32,000 bases of DNA, taken from Zymomonas mobilis subsp. mobilis ATCC 10988. GTDB lineage: Bacteria; Pseudomonadota; Alphaproteobacteria; Sphingomonadales; Sphingomonadaceae. The translations under genes were made by a program, and so were the position numbers. This document shows, one piece after another, positions 13,036 to 22,750 of this stretch. Location: contig NC_017262.1 of NCBI RefSeq assembly GCF_000175255.2, positions 240,001 to 272,000 of the forward strand. The letters run 5' to 3'. The notes beneath the pieces were generated by a model, which saw only the letters and a program-made list of their open reading frames with translations, did no database searches and was not told the DNA's origin. Every line of letters begins with the position of its first letter. Within the stretch, counting starts at the first letter, position 1.

Positions 13036-16017
13036 ATGCTGGAAAAATCCCGTCTCTTTACGATACCTTTTCATCGTTCTTTTGCCGATGCCTTGGTCGA
13101 AGGCCTGATCAAGCGCTATGACGATCCAATGACATTGGCACAGGGATTGATCCTGCTACCCAATAACCGTTCCATTCGGGCTATAACAGAAGCCTTTGTG
13201 CGCCAGTCGTCTTCCGGCCTGTTATTACCCCGAATGGTGCCCGTCGGGGATCCTCTCTTGGATGATCGGCTGGGTGCTTTTCTTGATCCGGTCGATATGA
13301 TCGATCCGTTACCACCGGCGATCCCGCCTTTGGAACGGCATTTCCGATTAACCCGTCTTGTTAAAAAGGTAATGCAAAAACAGGGGCGAACTATTGCCGT
13401 TCCTGAAGCTCATCGTCTGGCCGAAGAATTGGCACTGACCTTGGATCAGTTGATGGCGGCAGAGATTGACCCTGAACAACTGACCCAGTTAATCGACCCT
13501 ATGGCCGAAGAAGAGCTTGCCCGCCATTGGCAGGCTTCTTTAAAATTGCTTGAATGTATTATTACCGAATGGCCGGAAGAGCTTAAAAAAACGGGACAGA
13601 TTGAAAGTCAGGAACGCCGGAACCGACTACTGGATCGCCTCGCTGACAGATGGCAAACACAGCCACCCAGTGAAAAACCGATTATTGCCGCTGGTGCGAT
13701 TACAGGATCACCGGTTTCTGCCCGTTTGTTGCGTGTTATCTCGGAAATGGAAGATGGGCTTGTTGTTCTCCCCGGCCTTGATAACAACATGTCAGACGAA
13801 GAGTGGCAGTTATTAGGCCCTCATGAACGCGATCCCGATACGGGCATTAAACAGCCTTCGCTCGAAAGCCATCCGCAATTCCAGTTAAAATTATTACTGG
13901 ACAGGATGGGTGTTGACCGGAAGGAAGTGATAGAATGGGATCCGCCGAAAAATTATCATCCAGATAACCGTGAACAGGCCATTCGTCATGTTATGGCTCC
14001 GGCGCGCTATACTGATCGCTGGCGTAGTCTTCCTGAAAAAGAACGGGCTTTCCCCAATTTATCCGTTATTGAAACGGCGCATCCCGAAGAAGAAGCCCAA
14101 GTCATCGCTTTGGCGTTGAGGGAGGCCGTTGAAGAAAAAGGCCAGACGGCGGCCTTGGTAACGCCTGATCGGGCTTTGGCCATTAGGGTCTCTGCTCTAT
14201 TAAAGCGCTTTGGCATTGATGCCGATGATAGTGCAGGGCGACCGTTATCGCTTACCCCTCCCGGATTATTACTGCTTGATCTGGTTTCGCTCGCTGCCGA
14301 TCATTTTTCGGCCGTAAGTTTCCTCGCAATAGCCAAGCATCCTCTGGTCGCCTTTGGTGAAGATCGCGATTTATGGCGCGATCATATTCGCAGCCTTGAT
14401 ATGATTTTACGGGGGCCTCTTTTAAGAAATGGTCTGGCCGGAATTACGGCCAAAATTAAGGAAGCGGTCGATCATCAAACAGCCGATCCCGAATTACTGG
14501 AATGGTGGGAAAAGACTAAAATACCCTTTCAAGCGCTCGATCAGCAATTTCAGACGGTGTTGCCCCTTACTAAAATTGTTAAAATTTTGCGGGAAACGGC
14601 GAACCAAATTGCCGGTGAAAAAATATGGGCAGAGGCTGCGGGGCATTTGGCCGCCGATTTGATTGCCGAAATTGAATCTTTAGCGGCTGACCATAACGAA
14701 GATATGCGTTTTTCCGATTTTGCGCATGTACTGCGGCAATTAATGGATAAACAAGCGGTCAGACCGATGACCGGTGGCCATCCTCGTATTTTTATCTGGG
14801 GTTTGATAGAAGCCCGCTTGCAACATGCCGATTTAATGATCGCAGCCAGTCTGAATGAAACGGTTTGGCCACCGATCAAGGAAGCCGACCCGTGGCTTGC
14901 GCCCCGAATTCGTTCTGAACTCGGTTTACCGGGGCTAGAATTACGAATTGGTATTGCCGCCCATGATTTCTCTTCGGTTTTGGGGGCTAAAAAAATATTG
15001 CTAACCCGTGCCAGACGCGATGCCAGAGCGCCAACCATGCCATCGCGTTTTTGGTTGCGGTTGGAAGCCATGGCCTCCAACTTGCACCATGCCGATAATC
15101 TTCCTTATTGGGCGCGACAGCTCGATGAACCACAGGGTTTTAGACCTGTCACAAGGCCAGCCCCTAATCCCCCTGTTTTAGATCGCCCGAAACGTATCGC
15201 CGTTACGCGCTTCGACAGTCTGCAATCTGATCCTTATAGCTATTATGCCAGCAATATCTTGGGCTTAAGAAAACTTGATCCCGTTGATGCTGAACCCACG
15301 GCGGCGTGGCGTGGGAGCCTTATTCACAGTATTCTTGAAAATTGGGTTAAGGAAGATAACAGCCGCATCGGGAAATTAAAACCGCGAGCTTTGGCTTTCT
15401 TGGAATCCATTAACGCCCATATTATCCAGAAAACGCTTTGGTTACCGCGATTATTACAAGCGATAGACTGGATTGAGGGGGAGGTTCAGAAAAATGCTGC
15501 TGAAGGACGCACAATCCTTGATGTGGAAAGGGAAGGTCGCTCCCAGATAAACGGTATCGAATTATTTGGCTTTGTTGACCGTATCGATCGCATGGGAGAC
15601 GGCTCTCTCGCCATTGTTGATTATAAAACAGGAACACCGCCATCGGCGGCCGCGGTCAAAAATGGCGATATGTTGCAGCTTGTTCTTTTGGGGCTTTTGA
15701 TCGAACATAACGGCATAAAAGATATCAAAGGGCAGGTAAGCGCCTTTGAATATTGGTCAATGGCGCAGGATCTAAAAAAGAAAACGGCGGGCTATTCTCG
15801 CTCTGTATTGGGAAGCGGTAAGAATGCTCTGTTGCCAGAAGATTTTCTGAATATGGCCGAAGAACGCTTTATTCGCGTTACAAATGACTATCTTCATAAC
15901 CAAACGCCTTTTACAGCACGCCCCCATCGCGGCAAAAAACTTTATGACGATTATGTCCAACTCATGCGTTTTGATGAATGGCGCAGTAATCCCCAATCCA
16001 AACCGGCGCAGAATTAA
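13036..16017 (+). CDS. addB: Double-strand break repair protein AddB (alphaproteobacterial type)
   Basis: About 993-aa ORF. The track starts at a TTG at 13030, and an ATG follows at 13036. It lies immediately upstream of addA. The C-terminal RecB-family nuclease motif is GFVDRIDRMGDGSLAIVDYKTG. No Walker A motif is present. Confidence 0.85.
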   Translation: MLEKSRLFTIPFHRSFADALVEGLIKRYDDPMTLAQGLILLPNNRSIRAITEAFVRQSSSGLLLPRMVPVGDPLLDDRLGAFLDPVDMIDPLPPAIPPLERHFRLTRLVKKVMQKQGRTIAVPEAHRLAEELALTLDQLMAAEIDPEQLTQLIDPMAEEELARHWQASLKLLECIITEWPEELKKTGQIESQERRNRLLDRLADRWQTQPPSEKPIIAAGAITGSPVSARLLRVISEMEDGLVVLPGLDNNMSDEEWQLLGPHERDPDTGIKQPSLESHPQFQLKLLLDRMGVDRKEVIEWDPPKNYHPDNREQAIRHVMAPARYTDRWRSLPEKERAFPNLSVIETAHPEEEAQVIALALREAVEEKGQTAALVTPDRALAIRVSALLKRFGIDADDSAGRPLSLTPPGLLLLDLVSLAADHFSAVSFLAIAKHPLVAFGEDRDLWRDHIRSLDMILRGPLLRNGLAGITAKIKEAVDHQTADPELLEWWEKTKIPFQALDQQFQTVLPLTKIVKILRETANQIAGEKIWAEAAGHLAADLIAEIESLAADHNEDMRFSDFAHVLRQLMDKQAVRPMTGGHPRIFIWGLIEARLQHADLMIAASLNETVWPPIKEADPWLAPRIRSELGLPGLELRIGIAAHDFSSVLGAKKILLTRARRDARAPTMPSRFWLRLEAMASNLHHADNLPYWARQLDEPQGFRPVTRPAPNPPVLDRPKRIAVTRFDSLQSDPYSYYASNILGLRKLDPVDAEPTAAWRGSLIHSILENWVKEDNSRIGKLKPRALAFLESINAHIIQKTLWLPRLLQAIDWIEGEVQKNAAEGRTILDVEREGRSQINGIELFGFVDRIDRMGDGSLAIVDYKTGTPPSAAAVKNGDMLQLVLLGLLIEHNGIKDIKGQVSAFEYWSMAQDLKKKTAGYSRSVLGSGKNALLPEDFLNMAEERFIRVTNDYLHNQTPFTARPHRGKKLYDDYVQLMRFDEWRSNPQSKPAQN

Positions 16018-16026
16018 GGGAATTCT

Positions 16027-19000
16027 ATGGCTCATCCACAGCGATTAATGCCTTTGGAGGCAGAACAGCTTCAGGCATCCGATCCTAAAGGGAATATATG
16101 GCTGTCGGCTTCTGCTGGGACGGGGAAAACGCATGTTCTGACCGCACGGGTTCTCCGGCTTCTTTTAAATCGTGCAGCACCAGAAAGCATCCTTTGCCTG
16201 ACCTTCACTAAGGCAGGGGCTGCTGAAATGTCAGAGCGTATCAATCAACGACTGGCAAAATGGGTCATTCAGCTAAACGATGATGAGTTAAGAGAAGAAT
16301 TACAGGCTTTGGGGGCGCGTTACGATCGGGATACGCTGGCTTTAGCGCGAACGCTGTTTGCGCGGGTGCTGGATGCGACGGGTGGCTTGCGGATACAAAC
16401 GATACACAGCTTTTGCCAATCCTTGCTGACAGCTTTCCCAGTCGAGGCGGGGCTTATACCGGGATTCCAGCTAATCGAAGGGCGAGAAGAGGCGACAGAG
16501 GCCAAAAAGACACTGACCCGAATACTCGATCATCAAACACCACCTTATCATATCAAAGACGATGATATCGCTTTATTGGCTGAAAAACTCGGTGAACAGG
16601 GTGCCGAAGATTATATCTATCAATGCCGTTTCCATGCTTTCGCTTTCAATAATTTAGGGGTGGCGATTGAAAGTCGGGTAAAACGCGCGCTGGATTTGCC
16701 TTTTTCAGACATCAATCAGGCTTTGGAAGAAGCCTGCGATGACGATCATTTTGATTTTGCGCTTCTTCGACAGATCGCCGAAGCTAATGAAAAATGGGAC
16801 ACAGCGACTGCCCATAAAAATCTGGCCATTATTCAGGATTTTGTTGCGGCTTCTCCCGCTGACAGGCTGGCAAGCCTTGGTGATTTCCAAAGCTTGGTCT
16901 TAACGCAAAAAGGGGAATTGAAAAAAGCACCGACTGGTATCACGAAAAAAATCGCGCCTGAATATGAAGAATGGATGATCGCTCTTAGCAAGGCGATTCA
17001 CCAGATTATCAGCCTAAAAAAACGCCATGAATTTTCGCAATTCGCGATAGCGGCACTTCGTACTGGACAAGCCTATAGTCAGGCATGGCAACAGACCAAG
17101 AAAGAATCAGGTCTGGTCGATTTCAACGACATGATTGAAACCAGTGTTGCCTTACTTCGGACGCCGGGTATTGGTGAATGGGTGCGCTATAAACTGGATC
17201 GGACAACCGATCATATTCTGGTTGATGAAGCGCAAGACACCAATATTTTTCAATGGGCTATTATCTCAGCTTTGGCCGAAGATTTCTTCTCGGGTGAAAG
17301 TGCAAAATCCGTTGAAGCCTCTCGCAGTATTTTTGCGGTTGGTGACTTTAAACAGGCCATTTATGGCTTCCAAGGCACTGATCCTCAGGCCTTTGTTGAT
17401 GCTCGTGATTATTTTAATGACAAATCTCAGGGCAGTGGACGGGAAATTCTCGATCTGTCTTTAAACCGTTCTTTCCGGTCAACTCCGCCTATTCTGGCAA
17501 TAGTCGATCAAATGCTGGCCGATATTGAAAGCAGTTGCGGCGGCATTGGTATTAGTCAGCAAGCCCTGCAACCCCATCAATCAGCAAGGTCTGATCTGGG
17601 CGGAAGCGTTGTCTTATGGCAACCAATCTCTGATTATCAGGAAGAAGGCGAAAATACTTCAGAAGAGACTGACGCAGATGATGAAGAACAACTTGAAAAT
17701 GGCGAATTAGAACTGGCCATTCGCTTGGCACGCCAGATAGAAACTTGGCTTAATCCGAAAACGCCTCTTTATCTGCCTGCTTTAGGACGAAATGCAGCAC
17801 CAAGGGATATCCTTATTCTGGTTCGTAATCGAGGACGGTTGGCCTCTTTGATTGTCGGTTGCCTCCATGCCCAAAAAATTCCAGTCGCGGGTCTCGACCG
17901 TTTGACATTAACCGCGCCCTTGGCTGTCTCTGATTTGTTATCGGCTATTCGCTTTGTGTTACAACCGGATGACGATTTAACCTTGGCCTGTCTGCTGGTT
18001 TCGCCATTGATCGGCTGGGATCAAGAACGCCTTTATAGGCTTGCCGCCAAAAGAGCGAAAAAAGAAAGTCTCTTTGACCGCCTTCGGAAAAGTGAAGCCG
18101 AAAAAGAAACATGGGATATTATTCGGGAATGGCTTTCCAAGGCCGATTTTATTACGCCCTATCGCTTTCTTGAAATGCTGTTGAGCGGGAAGGGTGAAGG
18201 CCGCCGAAAATTGTTGGAAAGGCTTGGCGAAGAGGCGCGCGACCCCATTAACGAATTGCTGAATGCCGCTTTGCTGTTGGAAAGCGAAACAACCCCGTCT
18301 TTTCAGCGTTTTCTCGACTGGTTCGACAGCGGAGATGTCGAAATCAAACGCGACCCATCGGTGCGACAAAATACCGTCCGCATCATGACTGTCCATGGTG
18401 CAAAAGGCCTACAAGCCCCTGTCGTTATCCTCGCTGATGCCACCCGCGATCCGCACCAATCAAACGGCTTCAGAAAAGAAATCATCACTTGGCCACTTGA
18501 TGAGGCAAATGCGCCAATCCCGATGCCTAGTAATGACGATATCGCCTATCTCCCTTCTGATTTTGGGGACATCATCAACGAGAAGAAGGCCAAAGATTTA
18601 CAAGAACATTGGCGGCTTCTCTATGTGGCGGCGACACGTGCCGAAGAATATCTGGTCATCACTGGCCATCTTGGCAGTCGCGCGAAAAACATTCCTCCAA
18701 AGGATAGCTGGTATGCCTGCGCGACTCGCGCTATCACGGCTATAGGTATTGCATGGCAAGAAGACGCTATGTGGCAACAGAAAGCGGTTTACCATTGGGA
18801 AGGCCGCAAAAAAGTTACCGATATACCGAAGAAGCAACCTATCTTTCCTAAAGAGGCTATGCCCTCATGGATCAACAATGAAATACCAGAAGAACCCAAA
18901 CCCGCTTATCCATTAAGACCTTCCGATCTGGTAAAAGATAATACTTCTAACCCGCCTCCTGATGGCGGCTCTATCACGGCTGCAAAGCGAGGGACTCTAT

Positions 19001-19515
19001 TACATGCTTTGTTTGAACGCCTTCCTATGCTTCCCGTTGAAGAACGGGAAAAGGCTGGACTTCGCTGGCTCGAGACTTCCGCTGGTGTCAAGGATGCCGC
19101 GTTACGGAATAGCCTAATAAAAGATGCCTGCGATGCGATGAGTAACCCTGTTTATCGCGATATCTTTTCCGAAAAAGCGTTGGCGGAAGCCCCAATTGCG
19201 GCCAAAGTCGGAGAACATGTTATTTCAGGAACGGTTGACCGTCTTTGGATAGATAGGAACAAGAAACGGGTTCATATCGTTGACTTCAAAACGGGCAGAC
19301 GGGTACCTGCAACCAAAGAACAGGTTAGCGAAGCCTATCAAAGGCAGTTAGCCGCCTATGTCGTTGCTTTAGAAAAGATTTTCCCCGATTATGCTATCGA
19401 GGCTTCTTTGCTTTATACGACGGCTCCAAAGTTGGTCTCCTTCGAGCAACCCTTCTTGCATGATTATTTTTCCCAAATGGACAAAGACGATATTCAGTCA
19501 GAGAATCAGATATAG
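16027..19515 (+). CDS. addA: Double-strand break repair helicase-nuclease AddA (UvrD/Rep superfamily 1 helicase + RecB nuclease)
   Basis: 1162 aa. It has Walker A SASAGTGKTHVLT, helicase motifs (ILVDEAQDTN, SFRS, VHGAKGLQAP, LLYVAATRA) and the C-terminal nuclease GTVDRLWID...VHIVDFKTG...YQRQLAAY. Confidence 0.92.
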   Translation: MAHPQRLMPLEAEQLQASDPKGNIWLSASAGTGKTHVLTARVLRLLLNRAAPESILCLTFTKAGAAEMSERINQRLAKWVIQLNDDELREELQALGARYDRDTLALARTLFARVLDATGGLRIQTIHSFCQSLLTAFPVEAGLIPGFQLIEGREEATEAKKTLTRILDHQTPPYHIKDDDIALLAEKLGEQGAEDYIYQCRFHAFAFNNLGVAIESRVKRALDLPFSDINQALEEACDDDHFDFALLRQIAEANEKWDTATAHKNLAIIQDFVAASPADRLASLGDFQSLVLTQKGELKKAPTGITKKIAPEYEEWMIALSKAIHQIISLKKRHEFSQFAIAALRTGQAYSQAWQQTKKESGLVDFNDMIETSVALLRTPGIGEWVRYKLDRTTDHILVDEAQDTNIFQWAIISALAEDFFSGESAKSVEASRSIFAVGDFKQAIYGFQGTDPQAFVDARDYFNDKSQGSGREILDLSLNRSFRSTPPILAIVDQMLADIESSCGGIGISQQALQPHQSARSDLGGSVVLWQPISDYQEEGENTSEETDADDEEQLENGELELAIRLARQIETWLNPKTPLYLPALGRNAAPRDILILVRNRGRLASLIVGCLHAQKIPVAGLDRLTLTAPLAVSDLLSAIRFVLQPDDDLTLACLLVSPLIGWDQERLYRLAAKRAKKESLFDRLRKSEAEKETWDIIREWLSKADFITPYRFLEMLLSGKGEGRRKLLERLGEEARDPINELLNAALLLESETTPSFQRFLDWFDSGDVEIKRDPSVRQNTVRIMTVHGAKGLQAPVVILADATRDPHQSNGFRKEIITWPLDEANAPIPMPSNDDIAYLPSDFGDIINEKKAKDLQEHWRLLYVAATRAEEYLVITGHLGSRAKNIPPKDSWYACATRAITAIGIAWQEDAMWQQKAVYHWEGRKKVTDIPKKQPIFPKEAMPSWINNEIPEEPKPAYPLRPSDLVKDNTSNPPPDGGSITAAKRGTLLHALFERLPMLPVEEREKAGLRWLETSAGVKDAALRNSLIKDACDAMSNPVYRDIFSEKALAEAPIAAKVGEHVISGTVDRLWIDRNKKRVHIVDFKTGRRVPATKEQVSEAYQRQLAAYVVALEKIFPDYAIEASLLYTTAPKLVSFEQPFLHDYFSQMDKDDIQSENQI

Positions 19516-19599
19516 TGATCGGATTTTCGTCATTGCATGAAATGGTATTTCTATTAGATCATACTATATAAATTCATATCCCCGTCAGGAGCGATTATA

Positions 19600-19920
19600 A
19601 TGAGCGTTATCAACGTTACCGATGCCAGTTTTGAAGCCGATGTTTTAAAATCACCGGTGCCTGTTGTTGTTGATTTCTGGGCAGAATGGTGCGGGCCTTG
19701 CCGTCAGATTGCACCTGCTTTGGGTGAAATCGCCAGCGAGCTTGAAGGTAAAATGACTTTGGCTAAAGTTGAAGTCGATAACAATATCGAAACCGCTAGC
19801 CGTTTTGGCATTCGCAATATCCCGACCCTGCTGCTTTTCAAAAATGGCGAAATCGTGGCTACCCGCACTGGTGGCGCGCCAAAAAGCCAGCTGAAATCAT
19901 GGATTGAAAGTTCACTTTAA
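19600..19920 (+). CDS. trxA: Thioredoxin
   Basis: 106 aa with the WCGPC active site (FWAEWCGPCRQIAP). RBS aggag lies upstream. Confidence 0.95.
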   Translation: MSVINVTDASFEADVLKSPVPVVVDFWAEWCGPCRQIAPALGEIASELEGKMTLAKVEVDNNIETASRFGIRNIPTLLLFKNGEIVATRTGGAPKSQLKSWIESSL

Positions 19921-20021
19921 ACGTCTTTATCATAAGGGGGATGATGTCTTATAGACATTCTATCCCGAGAAGATGTCTGAAGTCGGAAATTCTCTTTTAA
20001 AAAGGACTGATCGTCCCCCTT

Positions 20022-22310
20022 ATGACCCGTTCATCGAAGCAAAAAAACAATAGTGATCTGCCCACATCCAAGCAGATCCTCGAATTTATTTCATCATCTT
20101 CTCAACCCGTTGGCAAACGGGAAGTCGCGCGCCATTTCGGTCTGAAAGGGCAAAGTAAAATTGCCTTGAAGGCTTTGCTGAAAGATATGGCGGATGAAGG
20201 TCTTATCGATTCTTCACCAGGGCGCGCTTTCCATCTGATGGGTGGATTACCCAAGGTAACTATTCTAAAAGTCATTGATAGCGATGGTGCAGGTTCCGTT
20301 CTTGCACAGCCCGAAAAATGGCAGGCCGACCATTTATCTATCCCCAAAGTCAAAATCATTGAAAAGAAAAAGAAAGCTGGCTTGTCCGAAGGGGACAGGG
20401 TTCTAGTTAAAACCGAGCAGGTTGATGGTGAATGGCATGCTTTTGTTTTAAGAAAACTCATTCCTGCAGAAAGTGGCGTTCTTGGAATCTTATGCCTTGA
20501 AGGCGACAAACTCTGGCTGAAACCCGTTGATAAGAAAGTCAAAAAATCATGGCCGGTTTCTGATGCCGGTAATGCAGAATTGGGTGAATTAGTTCTGGAT
20601 GAAAAGGCAGGGCGACCACCTCGGGTCACCGCAAGAATTACTCAAAGGTTAGGCGATCCTTTCCAGCCTAAAAGTTTTAGCCTGATTGCCATTCACAAAT
20701 ATAATATTCCTGATCATTTCTCTCATGAAGTTTTAGAAGAAGCTGAAACAGTTGCCGATCTTGATCTTGGTAACCGTGAAGATTTAACTCATTTGCCGAT
20801 TATTGCGATTGATCCTGCCGATGCCAGAGATCATGATGACGCGGTTTGGGCAGCTCCCGATGACAATCCTGATAATAAAGGCGGATATCAAGCTGTAGTA
20901 GCTATTGCCGATGTTTCTTTTTATGTTAGACCGGGAACAGCTCTTGATCGTGAAGCGCGTAAAAGAGGGAATAGTGTTTATTTCCCTGATCAGGTTATTC
21001 CTATGTTGCCGGAAAAATTGTCTGGCGATGTCTGTTCGTTAAAGGAAAATGTCGATCGGGCAGCACTTGCTTGCCATCTGACGATAGGCGCTGATGGTAA
21101 ATTGAAATCATGGCGGTTTACGCGCGCAAAAGTGCGGCTGGCTGCGAATATTGCCTATGAAGATGCTCAAGACGCTATTGATGGAAAACTAAAAAGCCCG
21201 TTAACCGAAACTGTTTTAAAGCCTTTATGGGCGTGCTGGGAAGTCTTGAATCATGCTCGTAAAAATAGGCAACCTTTAGGGTTGGATTTACCCGAAAGAC
21301 GGGTGGTTCTAGGCGAAAAAGGCGAAATTCTGTCAGTCGCAACACGCGAAAGGCTGGATGCCCATCAGCTAATCGAAGATTTCATGATTGCGGCCAATAT
21401 TGCGGCTGCTAAGGCTTTGGAAGCGAAAAAAGCGCCTGTAATGTATCGGGTTCATGAACCTCCCAGCCGTGAAAAACTGGTCGCATTAAGAGATTATCTT
21501 AAGACTTTCTCTATCGCTTTTGCCTTGGGGCAGGTGATTAAACCCCAAATTTTCAATCATCTGATTGAACGCTTGGAAGTTGATGAGGAATCCCGCGCCC
21601 GTATCATGGAGCAGATTTTACGGAGCCAGACGCAAGCCTATTATTCACCGGCGAATATGGGACATTTCGGACTTGCCTTGGGTAGTTATGCTCATTTTAC
21701 TAGTCCCATCAGGCGTTATGCCGATTTGCTGGTGCATCGCTCTTTAGTGGGTGCCTATCATCTGGAAAGCGGTAAGCCCAAACTCAAATCATCTCACAAT
21801 AATCACACTATTCCCGCGACAACTTCTTTACCGCCACAGGATGCGGAAAACATGTCAGTCATTGGCGAAAAGATTAGCCACGCCGAAAGACGGGCAATGG
21901 AAGCTGAACGAGAAACAATTGATCGTTATATTGCGGCGTATTTTTCACAATATATCGGTGAAATTATGCCCACCAGAATTACAGGCGTGCGGGAATTCGG
22001 CTTTTTTGCCACTGTTCCTGAATTAGGTGGGGATGGCTTGGTTCCGGTCTCAACTTTAGGGCATGAATATTTCCGTTATGATGAAGCCACTCAAAGCCTT
22101 GAAGGGCAGGATAGCGGTACCCGATATGAGATTGGTCAAAAAATAAATTTACGTCTGATGGAGGCGGATCCAATAGGCGGTTCCTTGCGCTTTGAATTGC
22201 CCGATGCGGAACCTGCGGTTAAAATGTCGCGCCGTGGGCGAGGGCGCAGCGGTATCGATCCCCGCTTGATAAAAAGGCGAGGGCGGCCAGCCAATATCCG
22301 TCACCGCTAG
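20022..22310 (+). CDS. rnr: Ribonuclease R (3'-5' exoribonuclease, VacB/RNase II family)
   Basis: 762 aa. It has an N-terminal HTH region, cold-shock-like domains, the RNB catalytic motif (IAIDPADARDHDDAV), a C-terminal S1 domain and a basic tail (RRGRGRSG...KRRGRPANIRHR). Confidence 0.92.
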   Translation: MTRSSKQKNNSDLPTSKQILEFISSSSQPVGKREVARHFGLKGQSKIALKALLKDMADEGLIDSSPGRAFHLMGGLPKVTILKVIDSDGAGSVLAQPEKWQADHLSIPKVKIIEKKKKAGLSEGDRVLVKTEQVDGEWHAFVLRKLIPAESGVLGILCLEGDKLWLKPVDKKVKKSWPVSDAGNAELGELVLDEKAGRPPRVTARITQRLGDPFQPKSFSLIAIHKYNIPDHFSHEVLEEAETVADLDLGNREDLTHLPIIAIDPADARDHDDAVWAAPDDNPDNKGGYQAVVAIADVSFYVRPGTALDREARKRGNSVYFPDQVIPMLPEKLSGDVCSLKENVDRAALACHLTIGADGKLKSWRFTRAKVRLAANIAYEDAQDAIDGKLKSPLTETVLKPLWACWEVLNHARKNRQPLGLDLPERRVVLGEKGEILSVATRERLDAHQLIEDFMIAANIAAAKALEAKKAPVMYRVHEPPSREKLVALRDYLKTFSIAFALGQVIKPQIFNHLIERLEVDEESRARIMEQILRSQTQAYYSPANMGHFGLALGSYAHFTSPIRRYADLLVHRSLVGAYHLESGKPKLKSSHNNHTIPATTSLPPQDAENMSVIGEKISHAERRAMEAERETIDRYIAAYFSQYIGEIMPTRITGVREFGFFATVPELGGDGLVPVSTLGHEYFRYDEATQSLEGQDSGTRYEIGQKINLRLMEADPIGGSLRFELPDAEPAVKMSRRGRGRSGIDPRLIKRRGRPANIRHR

Positions 22311-22325
22311 GCAATAATGTGAAGG

Positions 22326-22367
22326 AAATAGCATCCATATATAAAATAATATGGGTGCTATTTTTAT
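22326..22367 (+). terminator. Rho-independent terminator of rnr (AT-rich stem)
   Basis: 15-bp inverted repeat aaatagcatccatat (22326-22340) / atatgggtgctattt (22349-22363) with one G-U position and an 8-nt loop, running into a tttttat tail. It starts 16 nt after the rnr stop. Confidence 0.7.
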
Positions 22368-22382
22368 AAGAAATTATTTATT

Positions 22383-22406
22383 ATCAGTGTATTACACTGA
22401 TTTTTT
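22383..22406 (+). terminator. Second terminator-like hairpin (or palindromic operator)
   Basis: Perfect palindrome atcagtgta-t-tacactgat (22383-22401) followed by a T6 run. Confidence 0.5.
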
Positions 22407-22666
22407 GATAAAAATAGTGAGCATTCAATTAAAAGAATAAAGACAGGATTCTACTTGATAGGTAGTTCGTTTTTCGGGGCTTTATATGAAGAACAGATAT
22501 AAAAATCTTACCCTGTTTATTGTTTATGACGGTGGCTATTGTCTACTGACGGTAAAAAGAGTCCGATAGAGAGCAGGGGCAATAAGGCAAATTCTTTTCT
22601 GATTATTCTTTCCATATTGTGATCATTTTTTAAGATCGATTTTTCTAAAAACCCAAAAGTGACATT

Positions 22667-22699
22667 AAAAAGAAACGCTCTATCTCTATAGATAGAGCG
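22667..22699 (-). terminator. Rho-independent terminator of mazG
   Basis: Perfect 10-bp stem cgctctatct (22676-22685) / agatagagcg (22690-22699) with a 4-nt loop. The minus strand continues tttcttttt. It lies about 50 nt after the mazG stop. Confidence 0.8.
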
Positions 22700-22750
22700 C
22701 GCAAAAATTCCGTAAATACCAGAATATAATTAAATAAGATATTGTTATAT

